This document shows, one piece after another, positions 53,490-63,304 of a DNA stretch of 64,000 bases (position 1 is the first letter of the stretch; every line of letters starts with the position of its first letter). The position numbers and the translations under genes are program-made. The notes beneath the pieces are model-generated. The model was given only the letters and a program-made list of their open reading frames with translations, did no database searches and was not told where the DNA came from. The DNA comes from an uncultured Gammaproteobacteria bacterium. GTDB taxonomy: Bacteria > Patescibacteriota > Patescibacteriia > Patescibacteriales > GWC2-42-12. The stretch spans positions 157,216-221,215 of the forward strand of contig CAZLKB010000001.1 in NCBI GenBank assembly GCA_964560005.1, written 5' to 3'.

Positions 53490-54896
53490 TTATTGATTCA
53501 CCGTCTGCTGGACTTTGCTGGCGGCCAGATTAATCAGGTTTTGGGTTTTATCCTGGCTTAGGACCGCGGCATCAATCATTTCAGCGAAGAATTTTTCCGC
53601 AGCCGCCGAATCAAAACCTTCGTACCAGCTCTTAGCGGTTAGCACTTGCTCGGCGAAAACACCGATTTCGGGATCGCTGATTTGCTCATTGACCAGGGCG
53701 CGCAAAGCCGTGGGTTTTTTAGCTTTAGCCAGATAAGTTTTTGCCTGCTCGGCTTTTGTCATAAATTGGACAAAATCCCAAGCTTCATCGGCGTATTTGC
53801 TCTTGCTGGACACGGTTTCCACCCAGTAGTTGGCGAAATTAACCGGCGTATTGCCTTCAATTTGCGGCAGTTTGACAATGCTAAAATTTAATTTAGGCGC
53901 TTGCGCCATGATAGTGGGCAGATGATAAGAGTAGCCCAGCATAATCGCCAGCTTGCCTTGAATGAATAGGGTTAAAGAATTTTCCAGATCGCTGTTCCAC
54001 GAATATACTTCTTTAGACGGATTGGCGAAATCGCTGTAAAAATGAAGCGCTTCCAGCCCGGGATTGTATTTTTGATCTTTGAAGATTGATGGAATTTGGT
54101 TAAACATAACATTATTTCCGTCCATCATTATGGCCCCGTTCTGCATCATTAGAATTGATAAAATATCGCTGTAACGGTCAATATTTTTTGAACCGCCCAA
54201 GGCTATGCCGGATTGAATGATTTCTCCTTGGCTGTTCTGCTTGGTGGTTTTTTTTACGTCCTGCAGCATCTCGCTGTTCCAATAAACCGGAGGCTGAACT
54301 ATGCTGGCGTTATTGAATAAATCCTTATTATAGTACATTGCCAGAGTGTCCACGAATAAAGGCAGGCCGTAGACTTTTTCTTCGTTTTTTTTGGTTTTTT
54401 CGTCATATTTCAAGTCAACAACATCTTTATAAACTATGTCGACAAAATTATTTTTTACATCTTTTAAACTAATGCTCGAGGTGGTTCTTAACTCCGGTAT
54501 GACTTCTTTTTTAAGCGAGCCGCGGACAATCGGGTAAGCCATAGTGATGGTCGGCGGCATAGGGGTAATTTTATTTTTATATTTTTTTATCCAGGTATTA
54601 TGGATGGAAAAAATATCCGGCGCGCGGTCTTCGGCCAGAGCGTTTAAAAGTTCGCTTTCATACTCTTCATAGCGGAGTTTACGGTAGTTTATTGTGATAA
54701 AGGGGTGGAGGCTTTTGTAGGCGGCAAAAATTTCGTCAAAAGTATCCGAACCGTCCCAAACTCGCCAATAATTCAAGGTTATGGGCTTCATGGCTTCTTG
54801 AGTTTTTGTATCCACTAATTTACAGCCAAAGCCGGAGGTGAAGAGAAAGGCGAATATTAGTGATAAAATTATGACTTTGCTTTTTATGTTATCCAT
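53490..54896 (-). CDS. ABC transporter extracellular solute-binding protein (family 1, sugar-type)
   Basis: 468 aa; lipobox-like LFTSGFGC; typical SBP_bac_1 layout; no permease or ATPase gene adjacent. Confidence 0.7.
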   Translation of the reverse strand: MDNIKSKVIILSLIFAFLFTSGFGCKLVDTKTQEAMKPITLNYWRVWDGSDTFDEIFAAYKSLHPFITINYRKLRYEEYESELLNALAEDRAPDIFSIHNTWIKKYKNKITPMPPTITMAYPIVRGSLKKEVIPELRTTSSISLKDVKNNFVDIVYKDVVDLKYDEKTKKNEEKVYGLPLFVDTLAMYYNKDLFNNASIVQPPVYWNSEMLQDVKKTTKQNSQGEIIQSGIALGGSKNIDRYSDILSILMMQNGAIMMDGNNVMFNQIPSIFKDQKYNPGLEALHFYSDFANPSKEVYSWNSDLENSLTLFIQGKLAIMLGYSYHLPTIMAQAPKLNFSIVKLPQIEGNTPVNFANYWVETVSSKSKYADEAWDFVQFMTKAEQAKTYLAKAKKPTALRALVNEQISDPEIGVFAEQVLTAKSWYEGFDSAAAEKFFAEMIDAAVLSQDKTQNLINLAASKVQQTVNQ

Positions 54897-54909
54897 AAAT
54901 TTTTTGTCA

Positions 54910-55007
54910 AAAGTTCAAAATGTAAAAATCAAAATGTAAAATGACAATGTAAAATTAAAAATTATTAATTTGACATTTTTAACTGTCATTTTTAACTTTG
55001 AACTTTA
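54910..55007. repeat. AT-rich word palindrome (AAAATGTAAAAT / TGACA words)
   Basis: aaagttcaaaatgtaaaaatcaaaatgtaaaatgacaatgtaaaatt ... aatttgacatttttaactgtcatttttaactttgaacttt; related words occur at 13025-13100. Confidence 0.6.
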
Positions 55008-55079
55008 AATTTTAAATTAAATTAAGTTGAAGATAATAATATTATAACACAAATCACATTATAAAAGAAATGTCTATTA

Positions 55080-56597
55080 TTATTCCACCCTCGGCCGATA
55101 CTGCAGGGCTTCGGCGATATGGCTGGTCAGGATTTTTTCCTCGCCGCCCAAATCGGCAATGGTTCTGGCCAGTTTAAGGACGCGAAAATAGCCGCGAGCT
55201 GATAAATGCATTTGATCAACGGCCCGGTGGAGCAAACCGGTTGAGGTATTGTCAACTTGGCAGAAATGCTTAATCGCTTCGGATGACATTTCCGAGTTGG
55301 TTATAAATTCGGTGTCTTTAAAACGCTCGGTTTGCAGGAGCCTGGCATTTTCCACTCGCAGTTTTATATTTTCCGAACTCTCCCCGTTAATATTGGAAGC
55401 TAGTTTATCAAATTTGATCCTCGGCACTTCTATATGCAAGTCAATGCGATCCAGAATCGGCCCGGAAATTTTTTTCTTGTAATTGATAATCTGTGAGCTG
55501 GAGCAAATGCAATTTTTTTCCTGATCATTATAATAACCGCAGGGGCAGGGATTGGTCGCGGCGATTAAAACGAATTTAGCCGGAAAGCTTAAGTTTGAGG
55601 CGGCGCGGCTGATATGAATTACGCCGTCTTCTAAAGGCTGCCTTAAATTTTCCAGCACTTGGCGAGTAAATTCGGCGAATTCATCAAGAAATAACACCCC
55701 GCGATGGGCTAAAGAAATTTCTCCCGGCCGTGGCCAGGCGCCGCCGCCGACTAGCGCCACGCCCGAAGCCGTATGGTGAGGCGATCTAAAAGGGCGAGAG
55801 GTCATTAAGGGGGTTTCCGGCGGCAGTTCTCCGGCTACGCTGTAAATCTTAGTAATTTCCAAAGCTTCTTTTAGCGACAGGTTGGGCAGGATTGAAGGCA
55901 TGGTACGGGCGATTAGGGTTTTTCCCGAACCGGGCGGGCCGCTCATCAGCATATTATGCGCGCCGGCGGCCGCGATTTCCATGGCGCGCTTAACATGCTC
56001 TTGGCCTTTAATGTGCGCCATATCAAAATTTATTTTAGCGTTGGAAAAATTGAATTCCGCATAAGCCGCTCCCGGGATTATTTTAGCGCCCTCCAGATGA
56101 CTGACCAGTTCAATCAAGTTATTTATCGGTATGACTTCAATATCTTTAACCAATTTAGCCTCGGCCGCGTTGGCCTGAGGCACGAACATAGTGGTAATAC
56201 CGCTAAGCTTGGCTTTAATCGCAATCGGCAATAACCCGTTAACCGGCCTGAGTTCTCCGTTTAAAGCCAGTTCGCCGACGAATAATAAATTATCAAAATT
56301 ATCACGGTTGATTTTTTTAGTGGTGGCTAAAATACTTATGGCAATCGGCAAGTCATAGCTGGGCCCTTGTTTCTTTAAATCGGCCGGCGCCAGATTAACC
56401 GTTACTTTTCTTTTGGGAAAATAAAAGCCGGAATTTTTTATAGCGCTTCTAACGCGTTCGCGCGATTCCGATACGGCCGTATCCGGCAAACCGACGATAA
56501 TAAAAGCGCCCAGCGGGGCGTTTAAAATATCCGCCTCAACTTCAACCAGTTCGGCATCAAGGCCGACCACGGCGGCCGAGAGAATTTTTGAGGACAT
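55080..56597 (-). CDS. comM: YifB/ComM-family Mg-chelatase-like AAA+ ATPase
   Basis: N-terminal Lon-protease-like domain, Walker A MSGPPGSGKTLIA, LFLDEF, C-terminal HTH. Confidence 0.9.
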   Translation of the reverse strand: MSSKILSAAVVGLDAELVEVEADILNAPLGAFIIVGLPDTAVSESRERVRSAIKNSGFYFPKRKVTVNLAPADLKKQGPSYDLPIAISILATTKKINRDNFDNLLFVGELALNGELRPVNGLLPIAIKAKLSGITTMFVPQANAAEAKLVKDIEVIPINNLIELVSHLEGAKIIPGAAYAEFNFSNAKINFDMAHIKGQEHVKRAMEIAAAGAHNMLMSGPPGSGKTLIARTMPSILPNLSLKEALEITKIYSVAGELPPETPLMTSRPFRSPHHTASGVALVGGGAWPRPGEISLAHRGVLFLDEFAEFTRQVLENLRQPLEDGVIHISRAASNLSFPAKFVLIAATNPCPCGYYNDQEKNCICSSSQIINYKKKISGPILDRIDLHIEVPRIKFDKLASNINGESSENIKLRVENARLLQTERFKDTEFITNSEMSSEAIKHFCQVDNTSTGLLHRAVDQMHLSARGYFRVLKLARTIADLGGEEKILTSHIAEALQYRPRVE

Positions 56598-56632
56598 AGA
56601 ATAAAAATTTTCAAATTCTAATGACTAATTTT

Positions 56633-56662
56633 TCCGCCAGAGGCGGATCCGCCCTTGGCGGA
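56633..56662. repeat. Tandem GC hairpin modules TCCGCCAGAGGCGGA + TCCGCCCTTGGCGGA
   Basis: The first 15-mer is identical to 44913-44927 (inside ychF) and is the reverse complement of 7909-7923. Confidence 0.75.
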
Positions 56663-56842
56663 CAAACAATTTTCAATGATTAAATTTTTCAATTTTTAAT
56701 AAGTTAATTACTTGAACGCCAACCATTCTAGTTAATTTCATTATAACACAAAATAAAAAACCGCCTAAGGCGGTCGGCTATGGTTCAATGGCTTAAATGG
56801 CGACTGCTTGCCTGAAAACTTAAGTGGGAATGGAAAATAAAT

Positions 56843-56902
56843 GGATTCCGGCTCGCCTCCCGCCCGAGGCGGGCAGGTCGGCTTTAAGGCCGGAACGACA
56901 AA
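56843..56902. repeat. GGATTCCGGCTCG...GGCCGGAACGACAAA element with a nested GC insert, just 3' of smc
   Basis: ggattccggctcg[cctcccgcccgaggcgggcagg]tcggctttaaggccggaacgacaaa. Confidence 0.65.
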
Positions 56903-56912
56903 TTGGGGATGG

Positions 56913-59567
56913 TTAATTCTTAATTACCGCCTTAGCGTCGTCCAGCTTAATACTTAATAGTTTTGATATCCCGTTTTCTTCCATGGCTACACCGTAAAGA
57001 ATATTGGCTCGGCGCATGGAAGCGCGGTTGTGAGTGATGATGATAAATTGAGTTTTATGCGATAAGTCATCTAAAATTTTTGCCAGCCTCTCTGAATTAG
57101 ATTCATCAAGCGAAGCGTCAACCTCGTCTAAGACTACGAACGGCGCCGGATTGCAGCTGATAATGGCGCAGATTAGGGCGATAGCGGTTAAGGCGCGTTC
57201 CCCTCCGGATAGCATGGTAATTGATTTAATTTTTTTGCCGGGCGGCGTAGCTAAAATTTCTATGCCGGCCAAGCCGGTAGCGTTATATTTTTGTAAATAT
57301 TTTATCCTTTTTAAATTACTATTGCATTTATCTTCAATTACTTGGGTTTCGGCCGCCGGTTCAATCGCTTGGGTTTCGGTTTTATCCTCGTTTTTTTCGT
57401 CAGCCGCGCTATCGGTGATTACTTTCATAATTTTTGCTTGCCCGCCGTTAAATAAAATTTTAAAATATTCTTCAAATTTCACGGAAATATTTTTAAACTC
57501 CTTGTCAAAACGATCTTTGATTATAATATCCAGCTCTTTAATGATTTTTTCCAAAGAACCGATGGCTTTATTTAAATCATTGGTTTGCCCGTCCAAATAG
57601 TCAAACCGTTCTTTGGTTTCTTTGTATTCTTTTTCTATTTCCGGATCAATACCGCCGATTTGATCGATCTGCCGTTTAAGCGAATTGATTTTTTCTTTAG
57701 CCGATTCAGTGTCGGCCGGCCCCTCAGTCTTAGTTTCCATAACTTCTTTAAGCTTTACGGAATTGTTCCTAATCTCGGTTTCTAAATCCTCCAGTCTGGT
57801 CTCGTAGCGGGTAGAATTAATCTTTAACTCGTTTAGCTGATTGTTTAATCCGTTAATTTCCTGTTGCAGGGATTGTAAGTTTTTTTGCAGGGCAAAAAGT
57901 TTGGCTCTTTGTTCGCTTTCTTTGGCGCTTTGTGAATTTATTTTTTCTTTTAAGTGGTTTATTTTTGCGTTAATTTCAGCCAGGCTGTTTTTTAAATCAG
58001 TCTGATTTTTTTTGTTGCCGGCCGAGTTGATCGTTTGCTGGTCTTGTTTTAATCTTGTTTCTATATTTTTAGATTCTTTGATAAGCTGTATTTCTTTTTC
58101 TTTGATAAGCTTAACCCTTTCCGATCTGGCGGAAATGCGGAAATTACTTTCATTAATTTTTCCCATTACCGCTTCCTTTTCGTGTATATGCGACATTAAT
58201 TGCTCTTGGGTTTGTTTTAGATTTTCTCGCTCCAAAGCAACGGTAGAAAGGCCTAAAATCAATTTTACTTTCAGATGGATTTTGTTTAATATGATTTTAA
58301 TATTAGCCAAGTTTTCCGTTGATACAGAGTCTTCCAGCAGTTGGTTTAAACTTTTTAACTCTAAATTAATTTTACCTAAACCCTGGCCGTCGCTACCGGC
58401 GCCGTGTTTAAGCAGGTCATTATTCAGGAGGTTGACTTTAGAGTTGATCTCGTTTTTTTCTCTTTCCAAATCAATCAGGATTTTTTTCTCCTGTTCAATG
58501 TTTTTTTCCAGTCCGGTCGCCTCTTCAATAATATTGTTCAGTTCTATTTTTATTTCGTTATTTTTGCCGTAGAGCCAAGATAAGTCAAATTTTCCATTAA
58601 CTTCAAGTTTCACCTCTAATTCCGCTTCCAGTTTGGCTAATTGTTTGTTTAAAATTTCTTTTTGGCTTTGCAGTTCATTTAATTCTTTTTGCCAAGCGAG
58701 GAATTCATCATTATTTTGATTTTGTTTTTCCAATAAGCTTAATTCCCGATTTAACTGGGAGCTTCTTTTTTCTTTTTCAGCTTTTATTTTTTCTATGCCT
58801 AAAAAATTTTTATTATAGTCTTTAAATTTTTCGTTAATTTCATGCCAAATTTTTGCATAATAGTTTTTTTGCAGATCCTTCAACTCAGTTTCTATTTCAT
58901 CTCGTTTTTTAAGCTTATTTACCTGTCTGGTCAGGCTTTTTAAGCGCGGCTCGATTTCCGATAAAAGCATCAAGGCTTGATTCAAGTTTTCGTAGCTATG
59001 AATCAGCTTATTCAGCGAGTCGTCGCGTTTTATTTGAAATTGTTTAACTCCCGTAGCTTCGTCGAAAAATTCTTTCCTTTCAGAGAGCGTGGTATTTAAA
59101 AAGCCCTCCACCATGCCCTGGCCGATGACGCTGTAAGTTTTTTGGCCGAAGTTTGATTTAGCCAGCATGATTTGGACATCGCTCAAACGGACCCGCGACT
59201 GGTTGATGGCATATTCGCTTTCGCCGTCGCGGTAAAGCCGGCGGGTCAAGACAAGCTGAGAATAGTCTATATCCGCTTGGTGATCTTCGTTATTCAGAAA
59301 CAGCGATACTTCGGCCATACTCGATCTGCCCTTTTTATCCGAACCGGAAAAGATTATATCTTCGCTTTTTTTCCCTCTTAAAGTTTTCATGCTTTGCTCG
59401 CCCAGAGCCCAGCGCACCGCGTCGGCGATGTTTGATTTGCCCGAGCCGTTGGGGCCGACGATGGAAGTAATGCCATGAAGACCCTTGCCCAGCATGCCGG
59501 GGAAGATTAAGATATTTTTATTGGCAAAAGATTTAAAGCCTTGAATTTCCAGCTTTTCTAAGTACAT
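56913..59567 (-). CDS. smc: SMC chromosome segregation ATPase (short, 884 aa)
   Basis: N-terminal GPNGSGKSNI, long coiled coils, signature LSGGERALTAIAL, Walker B FVVLDEVDASLD. Confidence 0.9.
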   Translation of the reverse strand: MYLEKLEIQGFKSFANKNILIFPGMLGKGLHGITSIVGPNGSGKSNIADAVRWALGEQSMKTLRGKKSEDIIFSGSDKKGRSSMAEVSLFLNNEDHQADIDYSQLVLTRRLYRDGESEYAINQSRVRLSDVQIMLAKSNFGQKTYSVIGQGMVEGFLNTTLSERKEFFDEATGVKQFQIKRDDSLNKLIHSYENLNQALMLLSEIEPRLKSLTRQVNKLKKRDEIETELKDLQKNYYAKIWHEINEKFKDYNKNFLGIEKIKAEKEKRSSQLNRELSLLEKQNQNNDEFLAWQKELNELQSQKEILNKQLAKLEAELEVKLEVNGKFDLSWLYGKNNEIKIELNNIIEEATGLEKNIEQEKKILIDLEREKNEINSKVNLLNNDLLKHGAGSDGQGLGKINLELKSLNQLLEDSVSTENLANIKIILNKIHLKVKLILGLSTVALERENLKQTQEQLMSHIHEKEAVMGKINESNFRISARSERVKLIKEKEIQLIKESKNIETRLKQDQQTINSAGNKKNQTDLKNSLAEINAKINHLKEKINSQSAKESEQRAKLFALQKNLQSLQQEINGLNNQLNELKINSTRYETRLEDLETEIRNNSVKLKEVMETKTEGPADTESAKEKINSLKRQIDQIGGIDPEIEKEYKETKERFDYLDGQTNDLNKAIGSLEKIIKELDIIIKDRFDKEFKNISVKFEEYFKILFNGGQAKIMKVITDSAADEKNEDKTETQAIEPAAETQVIEDKCNSNLKRIKYLQKYNATGLAGIEILATPPGKKIKSITMLSGGERALTAIALICAIISCNPAPFVVLDEVDASLDESNSERLAKILDDLSHKTQFIIITHNRASMRRANILYGVAMEENGISKLLSIKLDDAKAVIKN

Positions 59568-59703
59568 AAAAAATTATGTTAAAACTCAAAATTCAAAACT
59601 CAAAACTAAAATTTAAATTCAAAAAGATATGGCGGGTTTTGCTGGTTTTGAACTTAGTGTTTCTCGTTTTGAGTTTATGTTTATATTATACAACATTTTA
59701 ATC

Positions 59704-59748
59704 AAAACAAAAACACCGCATCGTTGAGTCCGGCGGCGTTTTTGTTTT
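59704..59748. terminator. Long hairpin, probable terminator of the upstream minus-strand operon
   Basis: aaaacaaaaacaccgc-atcgttgagtccg-gcggcgtttttgtttt. Confidence 0.6.
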
Positions 59749-60070
59749 CCCCATGCTTGCCCTACCATAGTAGGGACTTTCACCGAATGCCTGTTCGGTT
59801 TAAATTTCCAAATTATGGAAATTTATTCTTGAAAGAGCGTCCGGTGGCAGTCCCCCTGATAAAGCAGGAAAGGGAGCTGTGTTAATTATGCAATTTTTTT
59901 GATTGTATTTTTTTTTATGTTTTCTCTAACCAACACAGCTTCTTTTTATGTTTTTTATGACATATTTTTTTATTATTTTTCCTCCTGGTATTTAGTTGTT
60001 AAGGTACGCTTTTTTGCGGTCGATATTTGTTTTAGGCCGCAATTTATATATAAATTTATATTTACATTCT

Positions 60071-60268
60071 TTAATCGACGATAATTGCTTGGTTGATAAA
60101 ATTGAGAGCAGAGGCGCTGATTATGACAATAAAAAAAGCAATGGACAGGCTAGTTAAGAGTCCAGACCAGCTGAACTCCTGCTCCATTGCTTTTTTTCTG
60201 ATTGAATTGTATGTCCAGCCAATTCGCTTCAAATTGAGGCTTTTGGCTTGATTTTTCAGTGATGACAT
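60071..60268 (-). CDS. Hypothetical small membrane protein (weak)
   Basis: 65 aa with one TM LLTSLSIAFFIVIISASAL; no other support. Confidence 0.25.
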   Translation of the reverse strand: MSSLKNQAKSLNLKRIGWTYNSIRKKAMEQEFSWSGLLTSLSIAFFIVIISASALNFINQAIIVD

Positions 60269-60396
60269 TTTTATTTTTGTTTTTTGCCGTAGTTTTTAGC
60301 TATGGCGGATTTATTTTTGAGGAAGTTAATTTTTTTTACTCCCTATCTACATTCTAGCAAAAATCTGGTAATTTGTCAATGTGCAAAAGAAAAAAT

Positions 60397-61860
60397 TTAT
60401 TTTTTATGAAGTAATTTTTTATAAAGTTTTAAATATTCTTTGGCTGATTTATTCCAGGAAAAATCTTGTTTCATGCCATTAAGTTGAAGCCGGCGCCAGA
60501 TCTTTGGCTGCTGATAAAAAATATTAAGCGCCTTAGTTAAAGTTTTATTGAGTTCGCCAGGTTTAAATTTATTAAAAGTAAAACCCGTTGTTTGGTTAAC
60601 CGTGTCTTTCAGTCCGCCGGTAGCGCGGACAATCGGCACGCTGGCGTAGCGCATAGCTATCATTTGCGTCAGGCCGCAAGGCTCAAAACGCGATGGCACC
60701 AAAAAAATATCGGAACCGGCATAGATTTCGTGCGCCAATTTTTCATCAAATTTAATTTGTACATTCAATTTTTTAGGATATTTTTTTGCCAATTTAAGCA
60801 AATATTCTTCGTATCGTTTTTCTCCCGACCCCAGAAAAACAAATTGACAGTCTGATTGTAAAAATTTTTCAGTAATTAGGCTTAGGCCTTTTTGCCGGAC
60901 AAAACGGGTAACAATGCCAACCAGAGCGACTTTTTTATTTAGCGGCCAGCCGAGTTTTTTTTGCAAAGTTAGTTTATTATCCGGTTTTTTTTGCAAAGTT
61001 TTTTGGGAAAATCTTTTGGCAATTAATTTATCAATTTTTGGATTAAAGAAGTCGGTGTCAATGCCGTTAAGAATTCCGAATAGCTGTTTTTTTCTCAAGG
61101 CTAGCACCCTTGATAAGCCGGCGCCGTATTCTTTTGTTAAAATTTCTTTAGCATAAGTCGGGCTAACCGTATTAATCAGATCAGAAGCTAAGATGCCCTG
61201 AACCATCATTACCAGGTCGTGATTCTTTAGATCGTTTTTAACAGTGATTAAATTCTGGTCTATGCCGGTGAGATTAATAATTTTTGGAGAGGCTAAGCCT
61301 TGGTTAGCCAGGTTATGAATGGTAAAAAGAGTTTTAATGTTATTAAAAAAACAATCGTGCTTTTTCAAAGTATCAATAAAATCAGCCGCCAGGCCGATGT
61401 GCCAATCGTTGGCGTGGACTATATCGGGCGGGAAATTCAGTGTTTTAGCGATTTGGAGCGAAGCGCGGGTGAAAAAAGAAAACCTTTGCAAATCGGTCAT
61501 CCCCCTTGAGTATTTATTTTTGCTGGTCGACCTGGCTGTCTGATAAATTTTTTGGCCGGAGAAATAGCGATGTTCAATTAAATATATAGGTATATTAGTG
61601 TTCGGCAGAGTGGTTTTCCATAGATTAATTTTTTCCACCTTATTATTAAATGGTACGGCGATATTACCGATTATTTTTTTTACTTTATATTTATTTCGGT
61701 CAATTAGGCCGTAGAAAGGCAGGCATAACCTAATGTCAACGCCTAATAATGATAGAGCTTTTGGCAAAGCCCCGGCGACATCGCCTAAACCGCCGAGCTT
61801 AGCGATCGGCGTAACTTCGGCTGAGAGGAATAAAACATTTATTATTTTATTATTTTTCAT
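60397..61860 (-). CDS. glgA: Glycogen/starch synthase (GT5, GlgA-like)
   Basis: N-terminal VLFLSAEVTPIAKLGGLGDV (KxGGL motif); HANDWH; C-terminal PSRFEPCGL.QM.AMRYG-like region. Confidence 0.85.
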   Translation of the reverse strand: MKNNKIINVLFLSAEVTPIAKLGGLGDVAGALPKALSLLGVDIRLCLPFYGLIDRNKYKVKKIIGNIAVPFNNKVEKINLWKTTLPNTNIPIYLIEHRYFSGQKIYQTARSTSKNKYSRGMTDLQRFSFFTRASLQIAKTLNFPPDIVHANDWHIGLAADFIDTLKKHDCFFNNIKTLFTIHNLANQGLASPKIINLTGIDQNLITVKNDLKNHDLVMMVQGILASDLINTVSPTYAKEILTKEYGAGLSRVLALRKKQLFGILNGIDTDFFNPKIDKLIAKRFSQKTLQKKPDNKLTLQKKLGWPLNKKVALVGIVTRFVRQKGLSLITEKFLQSDCQFVFLGSGEKRYEEYLLKLAKKYPKKLNVQIKFDEKLAHEIYAGSDIFLVPSRFEPCGLTQMIAMRYASVPIVRATGGLKDTVNQTTGFTFNKFKPGELNKTLTKALNIFYQQPKIWRRLQLNGMKQDFSWNKSAKEYLKLYKKLLHKK

Positions 61861-62422
61861 GGATCCAAGTTAAAATTTTATTAGTTAAATTCTTATCCGG
61901 CAACTTTTGGGTTTCAATGATTAAATAGGGCAGGCTGGTTTTTTTTATTTCTTTAATGTACTCCCGTTGTTGTTTAATATACCATTCCGGTTGGCGCAAA
62001 ATCCTCTTATAATGCGGGTAGAGTTTTAAACGGTCATTAATTCTGGCTTTAAGTATTTTTTTATCAGGCGGAAAAGCGATTAGGATAATCTTAAATCCCA
62101 ATTTCTTCAATTGCCGCTCAATGTTCTTAAAATTAATTTCTTGGTTTCGATTCAGGCGGTTGTAGATAATATCGGATAAATGGAATTTTTCCACCAGCAG
62201 GTTTCGGCCTCTTAGCTCTTTGAACATTTCTAAATACGACGTTATAACCGGCTTGCCATGCTTCGTGCCATAAACGCCAATATCGCAATTAAACCAATGG
62301 CAGCCGTCGAGCAAGTAATTGCTGGTTCTGTATTTAGGCTCCAAGTAGCTGTAAATTTGAGACATTAGCCAGCTCTTACCGGACAATTCCGCACCTTCAA
62401 AAATTAAATGATGTTTTTTCAT
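61850..62422 (-). CDS. Hypothetical P-loop kinase-like protein
   Basis: Walker A-like FEGAELSGKSW; size and layout resemble dNK/thymidylate-kinase folds; overlaps glgA by 11 nt. Confidence 0.4.
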   Translation of the reverse strand: MKKHHLIFEGAELSGKSWLMSQIYSYLEPKYRTSNYLLDGCHWFNCDIGVYGTKHGKPVITSYLEMFKELRGRNLLVEKFHLSDIIYNRLNRNQEINFKNIERQLKKLGFKIILIAFPPDKKILKARINDRLKLYPHYKRILRQPEWYIKQQREYIKEIKKTSLPYLIIETQKLPDKNLTNKILTWIHEK

Positions 62423-62423
62423 A

Positions 62424-63287
62424 TCAGCCGATAATTTTATTTATGCCGTTTAAATATTTTGACTCAACTCTGAAATAAGCGTAAGCATTTTTAATAGTCG
62501 TAGCCCCGCCCTCATCAAGATGATAATCCGAGCTGCCGGTCATGATCAATTTAAAGCGCCTGGCCAAGTGCTCAAGCTGCATAACCGCGCCGATGCTATG
62601 ATGCGGCGATATTACTTCAACGCCATCAAAGCCTAATTTCTTAATTTTAGCGATAAAACCATTATCAATGCGCCCGAATTTGCCCGGATGGTTTAAAATG
62701 ATTTGTCCGCCGATCTTTTTTCTGAGTTTAAAAATATGGTCAAGATTGATATAACATTCTTCAAGTTTATTAATCTCCCTGTTTTTAAAGAAATGTTTTA
62801 TGATTTCGTCCAGACGCGGACTATCGGCGCCGAGCCTTTCGGCGATTTTGCTTCTATTGTGGGAGATTCCGCGGATATCTTCTATGATATGGTTTAAGGG
62901 AATATAATGGCCGTATTTATCTAAAATTTTATTTTCGTCAATAAGCAAACCTATTTTTTTTAATTTTTGCAAGGCTCGTCTCATTTGATGGCGTCTTCTG
63001 CCCTGGCTTAATCGTAAAAATTTATGGAGGTCGGAATCTTGGTAGTTGAAATTATACCAGAGTAGATTGAATTTTTTACGATTTAATTTCGCATAAATCT
63101 CAATACCGGGGACGGCTTTAATATGATTTTTTTTGCAGGCCAGCATAAATTCATCTAAACCTCCTACGGTGTTATGATCGGTCAAGGCTGCCACTTTAAC
63201 TTTATTGGTCAACAAAAAGTCGGCTAGGGCGGTTGGCGTTAGATAACCGTCAGAGTAGGTAGAATGCAGTTGTAGGTCAATTAGCAT
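62424..63287 (-). CDS. PHP-domain metal-dependent phosphoesterase
   Basis: IDLQLHSTYSDG....A.TDHNTVGG at the N-terminus; later HP...G and SDYH. Confidence 0.75.
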   Translation of the reverse strand: MLIDLQLHSTYSDGYLTPTALADFLLTNKVKVAALTDHNTVGGLDEFMLACKKNHIKAVPGIEIYAKLNRKKFNLLWYNFNYQDSDLHKFLRLSQGRRRHQMRRALQKLKKIGLLIDENKILDKYGHYIPLNHIIEDIRGISHNRSKIAERLGADSPRLDEIIKHFFKNREINKLEECYINLDHIFKLRKKIGGQIILNHPGKFGRIDNGFIAKIKKLGFDGVEVISPHHSIGAVMQLEHLARRFKLIMTGSSDYHLDEGGATTIKNAYAYFRVESKYLNGINKIIG

Positions 63288-63304
63288 AGGGTTATTAAAT
63301 AAAA

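Noticed and set aside
57151-58572. ORFs of 149, 66 and 186 aa on the plus strand
   Set aside because: They are antisense to the smc coiled-coil region. Low-complexity Ser/Phe/Ile/Leu products are typical of antisense reading of Lys/Glu-rich genes.
59800-59840. GGTGAAAGTCC-like string (minus strand) considered as RNase P RNA or an FMN/cobalamin riboswitch
   Set aside because: The other conserved blocks (RNase P CR-IV/CR-V, the B12 box, RFN stems) are absent. The flanking DNA is unstructured and AT-rich, and the downstream gene (smc) is not a plausible riboswitch target.
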